From NCBI GenBank assembly GCA_964502615.1, contig CAZCXF010000004.1:7199-71198 (forward strand): a DNA stretch of 64,000 nucleotides, written 5' to 3'. Shown piece by piece: positions 63,721 to 64,000 of the stretch. How positions within the stretch are numbered: the stretch's first letter is position 1; every line of letters begins with the position of its first letter. The notes beneath the pieces are model-generated. The model saw nothing but the letters and a program-made list of their open reading frames with translations. It ran no database searches and was not told where the DNA came from. A program made the translations under genes and the position numbers. This stretch comes from an uncultured Candidatus Saccharibacteria bacterium. GTDB lineage: Bacteria; Patescibacteriota; Minisyncoccia; Phycocordibacterales; UBA9973.

Positions 63721-64000
63721 TTAAAATGAAGCACTAAAAGGATTAATCTGAACCAAAATATCTTTTGTTGCTACATCAGTTGGCAATGGATTTGGCCAAG
63801 TAAACAAAACAGGTGTCTTGTTATTGCTTGGAAGACTATCTTTATGAGTTTTCGATACATTTATTGCATTGTGATTTATATCGTATAAAATAGCTACAAC
63901 ATCAAACTCTGGTAATTCATATACTGATTCATTGTTTACAACTGCGGTTAAAGTTGGACTTGTTTTATCATCTCCTAATATTATATTCTCTACTTTGATA
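63721..64000 (-). CDS. C-terminal 93 codons of a gene continuing beyond the window end (…LFTWPNPLPTDVATKDILVQINPFSASF*)
   Basis: Manual translation of the minus strand gives an open frame from the window edge to TAA at 63721-63723. Directly upstream of the SEDS gene. No homology recognised. Confidence 0.3.
   Translation of the reverse strand, partial: IKVENIILGDDKTSPTLTAVVNNESVYELPEFDVVAILYDINHNAINVSKTHKDSLPSNNKTPVLFTWPNPLPTDVATKDILVQINPFSASF

Overview
The window is AT-rich and gene-dense, with almost all genes on the minus strand, short proteins, weak or absent Shine-Dalgarno sites, and trimmed aminoacyl-tRNA synthetases and SMC. This profile fits a reduced-genome, probably monoderm bacterium of the Candidate Phyla Radiation / Patescibacteria type. 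That assignment is inference only.

Housekeeping content:
- rpsP-khpA, rnr, a short SMC, rnc, a NusB-NUDIX fusion, rpmF, thrS, gyrB, pheT/pheS and a UvrD-nuclease fusion.
- An ABC exporter, murI, msrB, NDH-2, tRNA-Ser(GGA), htpX/LemA, secDF, PAP2, folD and a SEDS protein.

Accessory content:
- **Surface-structure locus (14.1-23.7 kb).** It holds a type IV pilin, two paralogous SBP_bac_3-TM-coiled-coil proteins, and two membrane-anchored cohesin-like proteins next to a protein with a textbook double dockerin Ca-binding repeat. It also holds a DUF916/CscA- or PapD-like anchored protein and two paralogous secreted proteins ending in a Csu/SCPU- or WxL-like 'YADTLTFIATxTF' strand.
- **Deoxysugar / glycosylation island (23.7-30.8 kb).** Genes are a TylCIII-like C-methyltransferase, RmlD-like, RmlB, DUF218, GtrA, GT2 and a multi-TM TPR glycosyltransferase-like protein.
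- **Giant surface protein gene.** The glycosylation island is co-transcribed with an 11.3 kb gene encoding a 3776-aa Thr/Gly/Ser-rich protein and with a class-A beta-lactamase-fold protein.

The most unusual observation is a 63-75 bp palindromic element inserted in-frame, in the same orientation, into both pheS and pheT. It adds the peptide 'PLSGGSDADSEKV' to both proteins and resembles Rickettsia-palindromic-element-style coding insertions. Other notable points are a DnaA-box cluster upstream of the giant gene, a long imperfect stem-loop upstream of the nusB-rnc operon, and several bidirectional intrinsic terminators.
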